Of a DNA stretch of 64,000 bases, positions 9,706-19,840 are shown one piece after another; position 1 is the stretch's first letter, and the number at the start of each line of letters is the position of its first letter. This DNA comes from Candidatus Methanomethylicia archaeon. GTDB lineage: Archaea > Thermoproteota > Methanomethylicia > Culexarchaeales > Culexarchaeaceae. The position numbers were made by a program, and so were the translations under genes. The stretch covers positions 256,001 to 320,000 of the forward strand of contig JAVYVS010000001.1 of assembly GCA_038727515.1 (NCBI GenBank), given 5' to 3'. Below the pieces are notes generated by a model that had not been told where the DNA came from, did no database searches, and saw only the letters and a program-made list of their open reading frames with translations.

Positions 9706-10350
9706 TTAATTTCCACCTTTCACTTCCCTTTGATACTCAAAATACGAGTAGATGGTTGTGTAAATTGCAGTAAATATTACAGGAGCCAGTATTAAGATTA
9801 ATGCATATTCTTGAATTAAAGCTCCCAACATGGCAATTACCCCAGAAGCCTTAAAAAGTTTTCCACCAAGCCTATGGGTCTTCTCCCAAACTCTATCACT
9901 ACTCAACGTCCAAGGCGTCCTTATACCAATAAACCAATTCCTCCTACAATTATCACATAAAAACCCAATATACAAGAATAACAATCCAATACCTATCGGA
10001 AGAGTAACTGTTAGATTCACCTTCACCCCAATATTCCATAAAATAACTTGCACATAAACCAAGAGGAAAAACAAAGAGAAAAGTAGGACAAACCCATCAT
10101 AATACCTTTTAAACAATTCAATATTCTTCTTCAAAGGATCTATTCTTGGAATAACTATAAAAAGCAAAACAATACCAGCAAAGATAAGGGGAAAGAGGAA
10201 CAACCCCCAAAACTTTGAGAGATAACCATCAACCTCACCCTTAACATTCCAGTGAACTGCAACCTTCTCCGGCATAAAAGGATATAGACAAACACCAATA
10301 CCAAAAGACAATAAAACCAATACAAGAATCAACACTTCACTTCTACTCAT
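9706..10350 (-). CDS. SdpI/DUF1648 family membrane protein
   Basis: VAVHWN..GEVDGY and NWFIGIRTPWTLSSDRVWEKTHR. Confidence 0.92.
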   Translation of the reverse strand: MSRSEVLILVLVLLSFGIGVCLYPFMPEKVAVHWNVKGEVDGYLSKFWGLFLFPLIFAGIVLLFIVIPRIDPLKKNIELFKRYYDGFVLLFSLFFLLVYVQVILWNIGVKVNLTVTLPIGIGLLFLYIGFLCDNCRRNWFIGIRTPWTLSSDRVWEKTHRLGGKLFKASGVIAMLGALIQEYALILILAPVIFTAIYTTIYSYFEYQREVKGGN

Positions 10351-10461
10351 CCCACAAACCCCTCAAAACATTCACATAAACCCATATAAACATTTTCAAC
10401 ACCCAGAAAATCAACTACCTCATATGAAAATCACACAAATACTAAATTCTAAATTGATTCA

Positions 10462-10495
10462 ACACTTGATATGTAAGCTTTTTACATATAAGTGT
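10462..10495. repeat. Near-perfect inverted repeat (14-bp arms, one bulged base, 5-bp spacer)
   Basis: ACACTT(G)ATATGTAA-GCTTT-TTACATATAAGTGT. Confidence 0.6.
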
Positions 10496-10807
10496 ACCAT
10501 TAAAAAGTGAAAATGTGTTATGTGAACTTTATCTTACTACTTGGCATCATCCACTATCATCAAATCAAAGTTTAAATCCAAACATTAAATCTTCAGTTTA
10601 AGGAAACTCTAAACCGAGAATGTTCACGATATTCTTCGTATTAAACACTCTTAAAAATTAGAGAGAACTAATACATCAATCAAGTGGAAATGTAAAAATT
10701 GTAAATTCAAAGAAAAATACAAAATTAAATCATAAAGTTATTCTTCCCTATTTAAAAAAGAAGTGAAAACTCAAAAAGTTCAATAAATAAAAATATTTAT
10801 AAATTAT

Positions 10808-12148
10808 ATGGAACAAGTTATAATAGTACATAGCCGAGGATGCAGCATGGTTAGTTTCTTTAGAATACTTGATAGTGAACGACATATAGCTTTTTGTCCC
10901 ATGAATTTTGTTGCAGATGTGTACATTGGTTGCCCGCATGCTTGTTGGTATTGTTATGCTCCCTCTTTTGCGGTATACGGAAATTACGAAACAAGTTTTC
11001 AAAAATTCAGAAATTTTAGGCGACGGTTTAAGGGGGAGTCTGATTTTGAGAAAATAGAATATGCGATAAAGACAGGGAACGTTAAGGGAACATGCTGTCG
11101 CAAAGAACAGGAATCTTTTGTCTCTCTTGCCATTAAGCGTAAACATCCACTACGTATTGGTTCTGTTTCTGATCCGTTCGGCCTTCCATTAGAGAGTGAA
11201 CTAGGTGATACCTACCGAATTTTAGAAATTTTGATAGAAAATGATTACCCGTTTATTGTATGCACTAAAAGCCCTTTTGTAGCAACACCAAAATATCTAA
11301 ATCTTTTGAAGTCTGCTAATGGAAAAGCTTGTGTGCAAATTTCTTTGATTTCCTTAGATGAAAATTTGCTTAGATTTTTAGAATCTCGACCTGGAGGAGC
11401 AACTCCTTCTGCTAAATCACGTTTAGATGCGTTAAGAAAATTGTCTGATGAAGGGATTTTTACTACATGTAGAATTCAGCCCCTCATCCCTCAAGTTACA
11501 GAATATGGAATGCAGGAGCTCATTTATGCATTGGCTGAAGTAGGTGTAAAACATGTCATTATTGAGTTTCTATGGCTTCCAATGGCACATGCTAAAGATA
11601 TGGGTCGAAAGTTAAAAATTGCGTTAGACGAATACTGTAAAAATGGTGGAAAAGTTGGTCCTGAATTAGCGAAGTTCGGTAATGATATCTATATTTACTA
11701 TAAATCTTTCAGCGATGCTGAGAGAGCTTATGGTAGAATCTTTTATTCTAAAAGAAAGATGGCTGAGCTTATGCCAAAATTCGTAAAAATGATTGAAGAA
11801 GCAAATAAAGAATACAATACAAATATGACTTTTGGTTCTGGAAATGAGGAAACATCTTACCTAAACCATACTGATAATTGCTGTGGGGTAGATAGGCTTC
11901 CCGCTTTTTCAGAATATCCAAAATGCATTGGTCAAACAGTACTTAAAATTGCAAAGGATAAAGGGAAAGCAAAAATTGATGATATACTACAATTTTATAA
12001 TCCATACTTAGATAAATTTCGTACCCTGTGGACTAAAAGAGAGAGGAACGGTCGCTTCTTTCTGGAGAACAGAATTTTTAAGCTCAGAGCTTACACCCTC
12101 GGAGGAAGTGTTGAATACGTATATGATGATGCTGTTCCAAAACCGTGA
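10808..12148 (+). CDS. Radical SAM protein, divergent spore-photoproduct-lyase-like (SPL/COG1533-like) family; possible start 10847
   Basis: DVYIGCPHACWYCYA (CxxxCxxC), IGSVSDPF, CTKS, RLDALRKL..GI, RIQPLIP. Confidence 0.88.
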   Translation: MEQVIIVHSRGCSMVSFFRILDSERHIAFCPMNFVADVYIGCPHACWYCYAPSFAVYGNYETSFQKFRNFRRRFKGESDFEKIEYAIKTGNVKGTCCRKEQESFVSLAIKRKHPLRIGSVSDPFGLPLESELGDTYRILEILIENDYPFIVCTKSPFVATPKYLNLLKSANGKACVQISLISLDENLLRFLESRPGGATPSAKSRLDALRKLSDEGIFTTCRIQPLIPQVTEYGMQELIYALAEVGVKHVIIEFLWLPMAHAKDMGRKLKIALDEYCKNGGKVGPELAKFGNDIYIYYKSFSDAERAYGRIFYSKRKMAELMPKFVKMIEEANKEYNTNMTFGSGNEETSYLNHTDNCCGVDRLPAFSEYPKCIGQTVLKIAKDKGKAKIDDILQFYNPYLDKFRTLWTKRERNGRFFLENRIFKLRAYTLGGSVEYVYDDAVPKP

Positions 12149-12154
12149 TGAACG

Positions 12155-13942
12155 ATGATGCCAAGATATATACCCTACATTAAATATGTTATTGCTCCCG
12201 GTACAAGATTTGAACGAGATAAGAAAGTACTTTTTGATCCAGATGGAGAGGTTGCTCAAGGTAAACCACTTTTGAACTATGGTTGGGCTCCTACTGGTCT
12301 AAAGGAATTTATTGAAGCGTTATATGTAGCAAAAAATGGAAGTTTAGATGGTTTTAATACTTTTTACACTGAAAAAATCCTTAGTACGAATCGAAATATT
12401 ATTGAAGTATTAAGAGAGAATAATCTTATCGATAAAGAACTTTCAGCATTGTTAGTGATTAAAGTTAAAGAAGATATTGAAGTGCCTGCTTTACTTGTTA
12501 ACATTGATAGGATGATCTTTAAAAGGTGTCAGTTTTGTAATCAATCATGGAGAAATGTTAAACCGCCACAAGATTTTGTAGATTTTCTAAAGGAATTAGA
12601 TATAAAAAAGGTTGTTGAAGTTTTTCAATGCTCAAGACAGTTATGCAAATTTCTATGTGAATATTACAGTTATTGTGAGAAAAGCTACACAAGCACAGAA
12701 GGATTACAAAAAGTTGAAAATGAGAAGATTGAATGTCTTAAAAATTTGATCATGTTTATGGCTGGAAAAAACTCTCAAATTCAGGGGTATGACTGTATTT
12801 TAAGGAAAAAAATTCCATCTAGACTTGGATGTAAAGAATTGAAAACGATGAATAAAGAGATGTCATTAAATTTTAAATCTTTTAAAGAGATTATCAATAG
12901 AGCGGAGGAAATAAAATGTACAATATGTATTGAGCGTCCCTTAAGATTTGATTTTACTCCGCTACGTTATTTCTTTTTTGATCATAAAACTTGGGATTAT
13001 ATGAAAAAACAAAGGTATTGTAAAATTCGTGCTCAACGTAACATTGATGCACTTCCCACAAGTTTGTTAATTGAGTTTATCAATTTTTATGACAAATATC
13101 GTGATGGAACTCAACTTATTGCACCAGTTAATCGTGAAGGGGTACTTGAAGTATTCCTTAATGTATCAGCAGTTAAATTTGAATTAAAACATTCATTAAA
13201 ATGTAAATGTAAAGTTTGTGGATTAACTCACGAGATAACTAACATACCAATTAAAGCTATGTTTAGAGACTCGGATGTTTTCATTCATGAAGCTTATTTC
13301 GCTAATTTATTATGGAACAAGATTTGGGAAATCTATCCCAAACAATTTTGTAATACTTTCCTTGGAAAAATAAGTATCAAAATTTCAGAAAGTACTGTTA
13401 TTAAGAGAGAAGTGAAATCTAAGAGTCTTGATCCTACAAGTAGGTTTCCAGCGAGTTCTTATGACTATGTGGTAGATCTACATCCGTTGGGCGTAAATCG
13501 CTGCATACTTTTTGATCTTACAACAGGTTTATGGAAAAAAAGTGGTTTTCATGAAATTGGTAAAACAACTGAAGAATATGTGGAAACATGGAAAGAATTG
13601 TTATTTAATATTCCTAGAAAGTTGGCTAATGTTTATGCCGTTTGGTACATTGTTATTAACAGTACAGAATATAGATTTTTTGATGAAACAGCCCCCCAAG
13701 GTGTCAAAAACATTGATGGTTTGGTTGATTTAATTACTTCAGCTAATAAAGAAATTTCAATAATTATTAGATCCGATGTAGATATAGGAAACTTGAACTT
13801 AAACGTACACAAACTTGTTATAGTTCCAATTTTTAATTCAACACCACTCAAAGGTGAAGCCCGCTGGGAAATTAAACGTTTAAAAGAAGAAAAATACAAT
13901 AGATTACTTATGTGGAAAATATTAGATCACCTCTTTAAGTGA
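12155..13942 (+). CDS. Large Cys-rich hypothetical protein, possible C-terminal PD-(D/E)XK-like domain
   Basis: 595-aa ORF 6 nt after the rSAM stop; CQFC, CTIC and CKCKVC clusters; SYDYVV...ILFDLTTG. Confidence 0.75.
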   Translation: MMPRYIPYIKYVIAPGTRFERDKKVLFDPDGEVAQGKPLLNYGWAPTGLKEFIEALYVAKNGSLDGFNTFYTEKILSTNRNIIEVLRENNLIDKELSALLVIKVKEDIEVPALLVNIDRMIFKRCQFCNQSWRNVKPPQDFVDFLKELDIKKVVEVFQCSRQLCKFLCEYYSYCEKSYTSTEGLQKVENEKIECLKNLIMFMAGKNSQIQGYDCILRKKIPSRLGCKELKTMNKEMSLNFKSFKEIINRAEEIKCTICIERPLRFDFTPLRYFFFDHKTWDYMKKQRYCKIRAQRNIDALPTSLLIEFINFYDKYRDGTQLIAPVNREGVLEVFLNVSAVKFELKHSLKCKCKVCGLTHEITNIPIKAMFRDSDVFIHEAYFANLLWNKIWEIYPKQFCNTFLGKISIKISESTVIKREVKSKSLDPTSRFPASSYDYVVDLHPLGVNRCILFDLTTGLWKKSGFHEIGKTTEEYVETWKELLFNIPRKLANVYAVWYIVINSTEYRFFDETAPQGVKNIDGLVDLITSANKEISIIIRSDVDIGNLNLNVHKLVIVPIFNSTPLKGEARWEIKRLKEEKYNRLLMWKILDHLFK

Positions 13943-13955
13943 TGGTGAAATTTAA

Positions 13956-14309
13956 ATGGACTCTGAAACTACAGTTCAAAGTTTAAAAATTCTTGTTCAA
14001 AATTTTGTTGTTAAAAGGGATTGGACAAGGTATCATAATCCAAAAGATTTAGCTGAAGCTATATGTATTGAAGCTGCAGAGCTTTTAGAAATTTTTCAAT
14101 GGACTACTATTGAAGAAGCTTCTTCCTGGAAAAATGTTCCTTCAAAACTCATAAAAATTAAAGATGAATTAGCAGATGTTTTAATTTATTGTTTAAGTAT
14201 GGCTAACGTGCTTGATATCGATATTTCAGAGATAATTTCAGAGAAGCTCAGTAAAAATGAGGTTAAGTATCCTGTGGATAAATATTTTGGACGGGCTCGC
14301 TTGGAATGA
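13956..14309 (+). CDS. MazG-like nucleotide pyrophosphohydrolase (DCTPP1/RS21-C6-like)
   Basis: RDW..YHNPKDLA..I.IEAAELLEIFQW...DELADVLIY...K...N..KYP. Confidence 0.93.
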   Translation: MDSETTVQSLKILVQNFVVKRDWTRYHNPKDLAEAICIEAAELLEIFQWTTIEEASSWKNVPSKLIKIKDELADVLIYCLSMANVLDIDISEIISEKLSKNEVKYPVDKYFGRARLE

Positions 14310-14503
14310 TGCATCAGATTAACCATATACGGGTTTGAACATATTAAGATGATTAACCATTAAAGGTCAAAATCTAAAAATATATCAAATGGTTAACTAG
14401 TTATTGTTATAGTGTTTTGAGAACTAAAAATTTGTAAAAATAGTAGATGCTTATGTACCTTTAGAGAAATTTGAAAGACACTAAGATTAAATCATACATA
14501 ATT

Positions 14504-15271
14504 TTAAAGGTATTTTAAACCAAAGATTTTCACAGCATTCTCCGTGGTTTTTTCAGCTACAACTTCCACACTCATACGCTTCAATTCTGCAACTGCATTC
14601 AACGCCTTAATTATATGGGAAGGCTCAGATTTCTCACCAGCATAGATTACTGGTGAATCTGTTTCTAAAACTATATTTTCCAATGGAGTTTCAGCTATGG
14701 CTTTCCTATGCTCTTTACTGTAGGCTGCTGCTGGAGTTGCGGAAATATAGTATCCATGGTCGAGAATTTTTCTAAGAACTTCCATTGGACCACTAAACCA
14801 GTGGAATACAGCTTTTTTAACGCCAATTTCTATGGTTATATCAACACAATCCATCCATGCACCTCTACTATGGATAGAAACGGATTTACCCCTATCCCTA
14901 GCTATAGTAAGCACCCTCCTAAACACTTCCCTCTGTAATCTCTTCAAATCTTCATTCTTCCTAACCTCTTTATACCAGTAATCAAGCCCAATTTCACCGA
15001 TAGCAACAACTTCATCCACAAATTTCTCAATAAAACTTATAGTCTCAGAAGCCTTCATTGGATCTAAACCCCAAGGGTGAAGTCCAAGTGCTGGATAAAT
15101 CTTTAAACCCTCCACCTCATACTTTCTACTCTCATTTAAAACCCAAACATTAGAATCATGATCAGAACCCATAGCAATAATAGCTTTAACACCAACTTTA
15201 ACAGCATTCTCAATAACATCCTTCAAATTTTCAATTTCCTCTAAATGCGCATGTGTATCTATTAATTCCAT
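14504..15271 (-). CDS. tatD: TatD family hydrolase/DNase
   Basis: IDTHAH, GLHP, IGEIGLDY, IHSR, FHWF and LETDSP motifs. Confidence 0.95.
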   Translation of the reverse strand: MELIDTHAHLEEIENLKDVIENAVKVGVKAIIAMGSDHDSNVWVLNESRKYEVEGLKIYPALGLHPWGLDPMKASETISFIEKFVDEVVAIGEIGLDYWYKEVRKNEDLKRLQREVFRRVLTIARDRGKSVSIHSRGAWMDCVDITIEIGVKKAVFHWFSGPMEVLRKILDHGYYISATPAAAYSKEHRKAIAETPLENIVLETDSPVIYAGEKSEPSHIIKALNAVAELKRMSVEVVAEKTTENAVKIFGLKYL

Positions 15272-15419
15272 AATACACCCAACTCCAAATAACTGGTCTT
15301 AATAAACTATGATGATACAACTTATAATTGTTATTAGATGAAATCGTGGAGAAGGTTGATGGAATAAGCAAAGATTTGGTTTGAAAGAAGGTTGTGAATT
15401 CTTTAAAGTTTACCACCTT

Positions 15420-16475
15420 TTAGTATAATTCTTTTAGTATGGGGTCTGCTAGGTGATATTCATGGTTTGTTTTGTTTATAATGTTTGAGTTTAGTAATGT
15501 GTTTAGAATTTGTGTGAATGTTTTATCATTTATTTTCCTTCCCAATTTTATTTCTGTTGCAAGTTTTATTTCACTCCATTTGTTGAATCTTTTCATGTTT
15601 TGGATTATTATTTTGTATATGTCTTTGTCTATTTTGTCTTTTAAGAAGTGTTCTAGTTCTGTTTCCATGATTTTTCTGGCTTCATTTATTGTTTCTATTA
15701 TGGCTTTGTTAACATCATATTTCCTTATGGTGTGAAAGTTTCCGAAGAGCGTGAGCCAGCCTACTATTCCATTAAATCTTTTGTAAACTTCTTCTATAGT
15801 TTCTTCACTTATCTTCATTTTTTGCTCCTCAAATCCCTTTATGAGGAAGTTTTTTGAAGTTTCTTCGTTGAATGGTTTTAAGATTATTTTTGTTGGTTGT
15901 CTACCATATAGTGGTGATGTTGATTTTTGTTCGAAAAGTGCTTTTACAACTCCAATGTAGGATCCTGTGAATATGAATGAAATGTTTCTATTAGATGCGA
16001 AGGTATTTGCAAGAATGTTTAGTAGTTGTCTAGAGGCTTTGGAGACTTCTTGAAATTCATCTATTCCTATAACTGTCTTTCTATTTAATGATAGGAATAG
16101 CTCTAGAAGGTTATTGTATGGTTTATTTCTATGTTTTAACTCTATTCCTAGGGGGCCTATTTGAAGGTTTAATGAAGGTTTTAATGTTTCTAATAAACTC
16201 TTCCTCCTATTTATTTCATGGATTAATAGGTTGAGTAAACCTTCCAAGCTTCTAATTCCCCTCAAATTGATGTAAATGGTTGAGTATCCCTTCTTCTCCA
16301 ATTCATTTAATGAAACCTTTAATAAACTTGTTTTACCAATCATCCTCTGCCCTAAAATAACTACCCAGTTTCCATTAATTATTTGGTCAATAATATAATT
16401 AACTTCAAAACTTCTACCAAAGAGTTCATTTATATTTTCCTTTGGATGTAGGTCGAAGAGCAACTTACCATACAC
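15420..16475 (-). CDS. Archaeal AAA-type ATPase (ATPase_2 family) with C-terminal wHTH
   Basis: LFGR, Walker A GQRMIGKTS, Walker B IGIDEFQ, TGS, SPLYGR, ADPIL. Confidence 0.9.
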   Translation of the reverse strand: MYGKLLFDLHPKENINELFGRSFEVNYIIDQIINGNWVVILGQRMIGKTSLLKVSLNELEKKGYSTIYINLRGIRSLEGLLNLLIHEINRRKSLLETLKPSLNLQIGPLGIELKHRNKPYNNLLELFLSLNRKTVIGIDEFQEVSKASRQLLNILANTFASNRNISFIFTGSYIGVVKALFEQKSTSPLYGRQPTKIILKPFNEETSKNFLIKGFEEQKMKISEETIEEVYKRFNGIVGWLTLFGNFHTIRKYDVNKAIIETINEARKIMETELEHFLKDKIDKDIYKIIIQNMKRFNKWSEIKLATEIKLGRKINDKTFTQILNTLLNSNIINKTNHEYHLADPILKELY

Positions 16476-16799
16476 CAGTAGCTTACTATAGTAAGTAAAT
16501 TTAAACTTTTCCCTAATGGAAGATAAAGTAAACCCCCATAACCTCCCACTTTCAATACTAAATCTCTGAAAGCAAGCTTAAGCATTTCTCCAATTTCCCC
16601 TCAAACTATATGAGCCAAATCATCCAGCAGAATTCTGTATTGTCGTTTACAAGTTTTAAATTATAGAATACTAAATTATAATTCTTCAATTTAAAAGCTG
16701 TTTAAGGATTTCTAAATAGCGTTTTTCATATTTCAAATAAAGACCAAGTATATCTGTAAAATCTTTTTGATGGTACACTTAGATATGGTGTTCACCTTT

Positions 16800-17231
16800 T
16801 TATTGTTTTGAAGTGTATTCTGATAGAAGTTTTTCCACTTTTTCTAGTACTTGTTTTGCGTTTCTTAGTGCTTCTTTGGCGTCTTTTTCATCGTATAGGG
16901 TTGATGGTGGTGCTCCACTTTCTTCATCGCCGTACATTGATGGTTCTCTTTCTCTACGTAGTTTTCTTGATATTCTTGCAAGTTCAGGTATGATTTGCTG
17001 GAACCATTCTGGGTATTTGTCTTTATGTTGTTTGAGTATTGGTCCAACGTCATGTATTTTTGGAGGTTCTATTCCTATTAGTCTTAGGGATGCTTTTAAT
17101 GAGAGTTCTACTGCTTCTTGTGATTGTCTGATGACATATGGGTATAGGCCTCTTTTTATTGATCTTCTAGCGTTATAGACTCTTTCTTTTGCTTGGGTTA
17201 TATAGTCTTTGGCCATTTCAATATTATTCAA
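16800..17231 (-). CDS. HEPN domain protein (HEPN-MNT toxin-antitoxin pair)
   Basis: SQEAVELSLKA, HDV and REPSMYG motifs; overlaps the MNT gene. Confidence 0.92.
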   Translation of the reverse strand: MNNIEMAKDYITQAKERVYNARRSIKRGLYPYVIRQSQEAVELSLKASLRLIGIEPPKIHDVGPILKQHKDKYPEWFQQIIPELARISRKLRREREPSMYGDEESGAPPSTLYDEKDAKEALRNAKQVLEKVEKLLSEYTSKQ

Positions 17232-17736
17232 TTTCTATTACCTCGCCAAATTTGTAATTCTTTTTCAAAATCCAATACCAGCCTTTACCCATTCTAATTC
17301 TTTCAGCTCCAAGTTCATTCAATTTGTTTCTCAATCTATTCAATATGTTTACCATGAAGTTTTTATCGTATATTATGATGGCGTCTTCAACCATATCTAA
17401 GTATATTGGGATTATTTTAGATGCTTCCATGGGGGTTTTAAGTATTGGTGAGAAATCTATGTAGTAACCTTTACTCCTTAAATCATCTAGTATATGTGTA
17501 ATTTCATCTTCAATTTTCATAAATATGTCTTGACGTTCAAATCTAGATTTTGGGAGGTCTTTAATTACTAGAAATAAGTCTATGTCACTATCTTTACGGG
17601 CTTCTCCACGGGCTACGGAGCCAAAAACAATTATGGAAATTAATTTATCACCGAAGTATTCAAGAAGCTCTTTAAATAATGCATCTACTACTTCACGATA
17701 AGGACTATGTAAATGTTCAATTCCAAATTTAAACAT
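17224..17736 (-). CDS. Minimal nucleotidyltransferase (MNT) antitoxin
   Basis: FGSVARGEARKDSDIDL. Confidence 0.93.
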   Translation of the reverse strand: MFKFGIEHLHSPYREVVDALFKELLEYFGDKLISIIVFGSVARGEARKDSDIDLFLVIKDLPKSRFERQDIFMKIEDEITHILDDLRSKGYYIDFSPILKTPMEASKIIPIYLDMVEDAIIIYDKNFMVNILNRLRNKLNELGAERIRMGKGWYWILKKNYKFGEVIEIE

Positions 17737-17836
17737 ATACTCCGTATAATCATCATACTAAATACACATATAAGCTTATAGAGTTAAGATTATCGTTTTT
17801 CTTTATCCTTGTGAAATTTTACTTCACAATTTATGC

Positions 17837-19579
17837 TTGGAAAAACTTTATCTACTTTTAAAACATACTAGTTTTGAAATGTGTTTTTCGAAGAGGTTAA
17901 TTCCATTAATACTTATACTTTATTTTTTAGCTTTAATTGTTGTAGATTTCCACGTTTTTCAAGTTGTATATGCTTATAATCCAATTATGATTGGCCAGAA
18001 TTATATGGTTGAAGATTTCAATGTTACTTTAACTGTTTATCATAATAATACGGTTAACGTTGTTGAAGTTATTAGAGTTTATTTTATCAATTTAGCTTTT
18101 AAAAGTTTTACTAGGAGCATTTATATTGAGGGTTTCGAGGATTTAAAGATTAATAATGTTTATTCCATTGATTCCAATATAACTAGTGTTAAAATTAATA
18201 AAGCTTTGAATTTGAGGGAGATAACTATAGATCATGTTAGAGATGTATTGCAGCGTTATGTTACGTTTGTTATTGAGTATAATGCTTATGGAGTTTTAAC
18301 ATTATATGATTCTGATAGGAATAGGTTTTCATGGCCTGTGGTTAGTTATGCATGGAATACATTTCCATTTGATAGAATACTTGTAACTGTTATTTTGCCT
18401 AGAAGTTTTAATCCATCATTGATAGAATGTGATCCAAAAGCTGAATCTACTATTCAAGGTGAAAGTTTCACTAAAATAACATTTTATAAGGAGAATCTTA
18501 AAGCTAATGCTGGAGGATTCTATATAAATGTTATCTTCCCAAAGATAACTGAAGTTGTTAGGGAACCATTTATATTTGAAGATCAACCCATAGAATCAGC
18601 GCTTTTAATCTCATTTTTTACGACTTTAGTTATGTTTACATTGTATTATTTTAAGGGTAGGATTCCAAGGGTTGAAGCTTCAAGTTATATTTATTCTAGT
18701 GGGGTTCCATCCCATCTAAAGCCTATTGAAGTAGCGTATTTAGTTAATAGGAGGTTTGGTGGTGGACCCCTATTATCCACAATTATTGAACTTGCGAAGA
18801 GTGGTGATATTGTTTTGAGGTATGATGGTGTATATCTACATTTTATTGAAACTTCTAAGGGTAAGCTTTTCAGTAGATATAAAGTTTCATTGAAGGATTA
18901 TGAAAAAGAATTGATAGATGTAATTTCTAAAGCTGGAGATTCATATCATCTTCAAACAAGTTTCTGGCCTAATTTGAGGAGGATTGCCCATATGGTTGAA
19001 GACTACTTGGTTAAGGAAGGATACTTTAGTTATCCACCATCTAAATTGAGGAGGATATTCTTATCCCTAGGTTTAATAATTTCTGGAGTTGGTTTAATAA
19101 TGCTTTTAATCATGCCTTTATTTGGAGAATTCTTTTGGAATCTTGCTAAGAGATTTATGGGTTTATTCTTTGGTTTAATCATGTCTAGTGCTCCAATAAT
19201 ATTAATCGGATATTTAAAGTTTACAAGTTATACTCCTAAAGGTGCAATGGAGTTAAATGCTTGGAAAACATATATTGAGGGTATTTTAAATCCACAAGCA
19301 TTAAAGACAATGTATACTTTAAGTGAAGAAAGATTTGAAGAAGATATGATGTATATAGTGGCTATAATTCCACATAGATTCTATGATTGGGCTATGAATT
19401 TCATTGGAAAATTAAGTTATGTTCCAAAATGGATTGAATTCAATGGTGGTATAGGTAAAATAGAATCTTCCACTGAGGGATATGTAAAATTTATAAATAT
19501 CATGGGAACAATAGTAAAAGATTTCATAGAAGATTTCCCACACATAAGATACTTAAAATTATTCCCATATCCAATTTAA
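17837..19579 (+). CDS. DUF2207 family membrane protein (probable start ATG 17879)
   Basis: Signal peptide, beta-rich extracellular domain, PSHLKPIEVAYL...TIIELAKSG and YTPKG motifs. Confidence 0.75.
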   Translation: MEKLYLLLKHTSFEMCFSKRLIPLILILYFLALIVVDFHVFQVVYAYNPIMIGQNYMVEDFNVTLTVYHNNTVNVVEVIRVYFINLAFKSFTRSIYIEGFEDLKINNVYSIDSNITSVKINKALNLREITIDHVRDVLQRYVTFVIEYNAYGVLTLYDSDRNRFSWPVVSYAWNTFPFDRILVTVILPRSFNPSLIECDPKAESTIQGESFTKITFYKENLKANAGGFYINVIFPKITEVVREPFIFEDQPIESALLISFFTTLVMFTLYYFKGRIPRVEASSYIYSSGVPSHLKPIEVAYLVNRRFGGGPLLSTIIELAKSGDIVLRYDGVYLHFIETSKGKLFSRYKVSLKDYEKELIDVISKAGDSYHLQTSFWPNLRRIAHMVEDYLVKEGYFSYPPSKLRRIFLSLGLIISGVGLIMLLIMPLFGEFFWNLAKRFMGLFFGLIMSSAPIILIGYLKFTSYTPKGAMELNAWKTYIEGILNPQALKTMYTLSEERFEEDMMYIVAIIPHRFYDWAMNFIGKLSYVPKWIEFNGGIGKIESSTEGYVKFINIMGTIVKDFIEDFPHIRYLKLFPYPI

Positions 19580-19840
19580 ACTTATGTTTAATATCTACAG
19601 CTAGAAGTGCTATATTTTCATCTAAAGGTATTATGAAGCTTTTCTCAACAATAAATTTATTTTAGATGTGGGTTTCTCATAATTCCTCAGATACCTAGTT
19701 TAATTTCGGTAAGACAAATAGGGGTATATAAGTACTTATAGATTCATCCTTTAATTACAGACATAATTCTTCGAAATTGAATTCTTAGGATGATTCATAT
19801 AAAAGAATGGGAGAATTCATATTTTCCCATATAGTTTAAT

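Noticed and set aside
14317-14398. Short GATTAACCAT repeats downstream of mazG as att sites
   Set aside because: Only 10 bp in AT-rich DNA, with no matching copy seen at the left flank
14504-15271. TatD as part of the rSAM-MazG operon (Qat-like system)
   Set aside because: Convergent orientation, ordinary TatD features and no QueC-like partner
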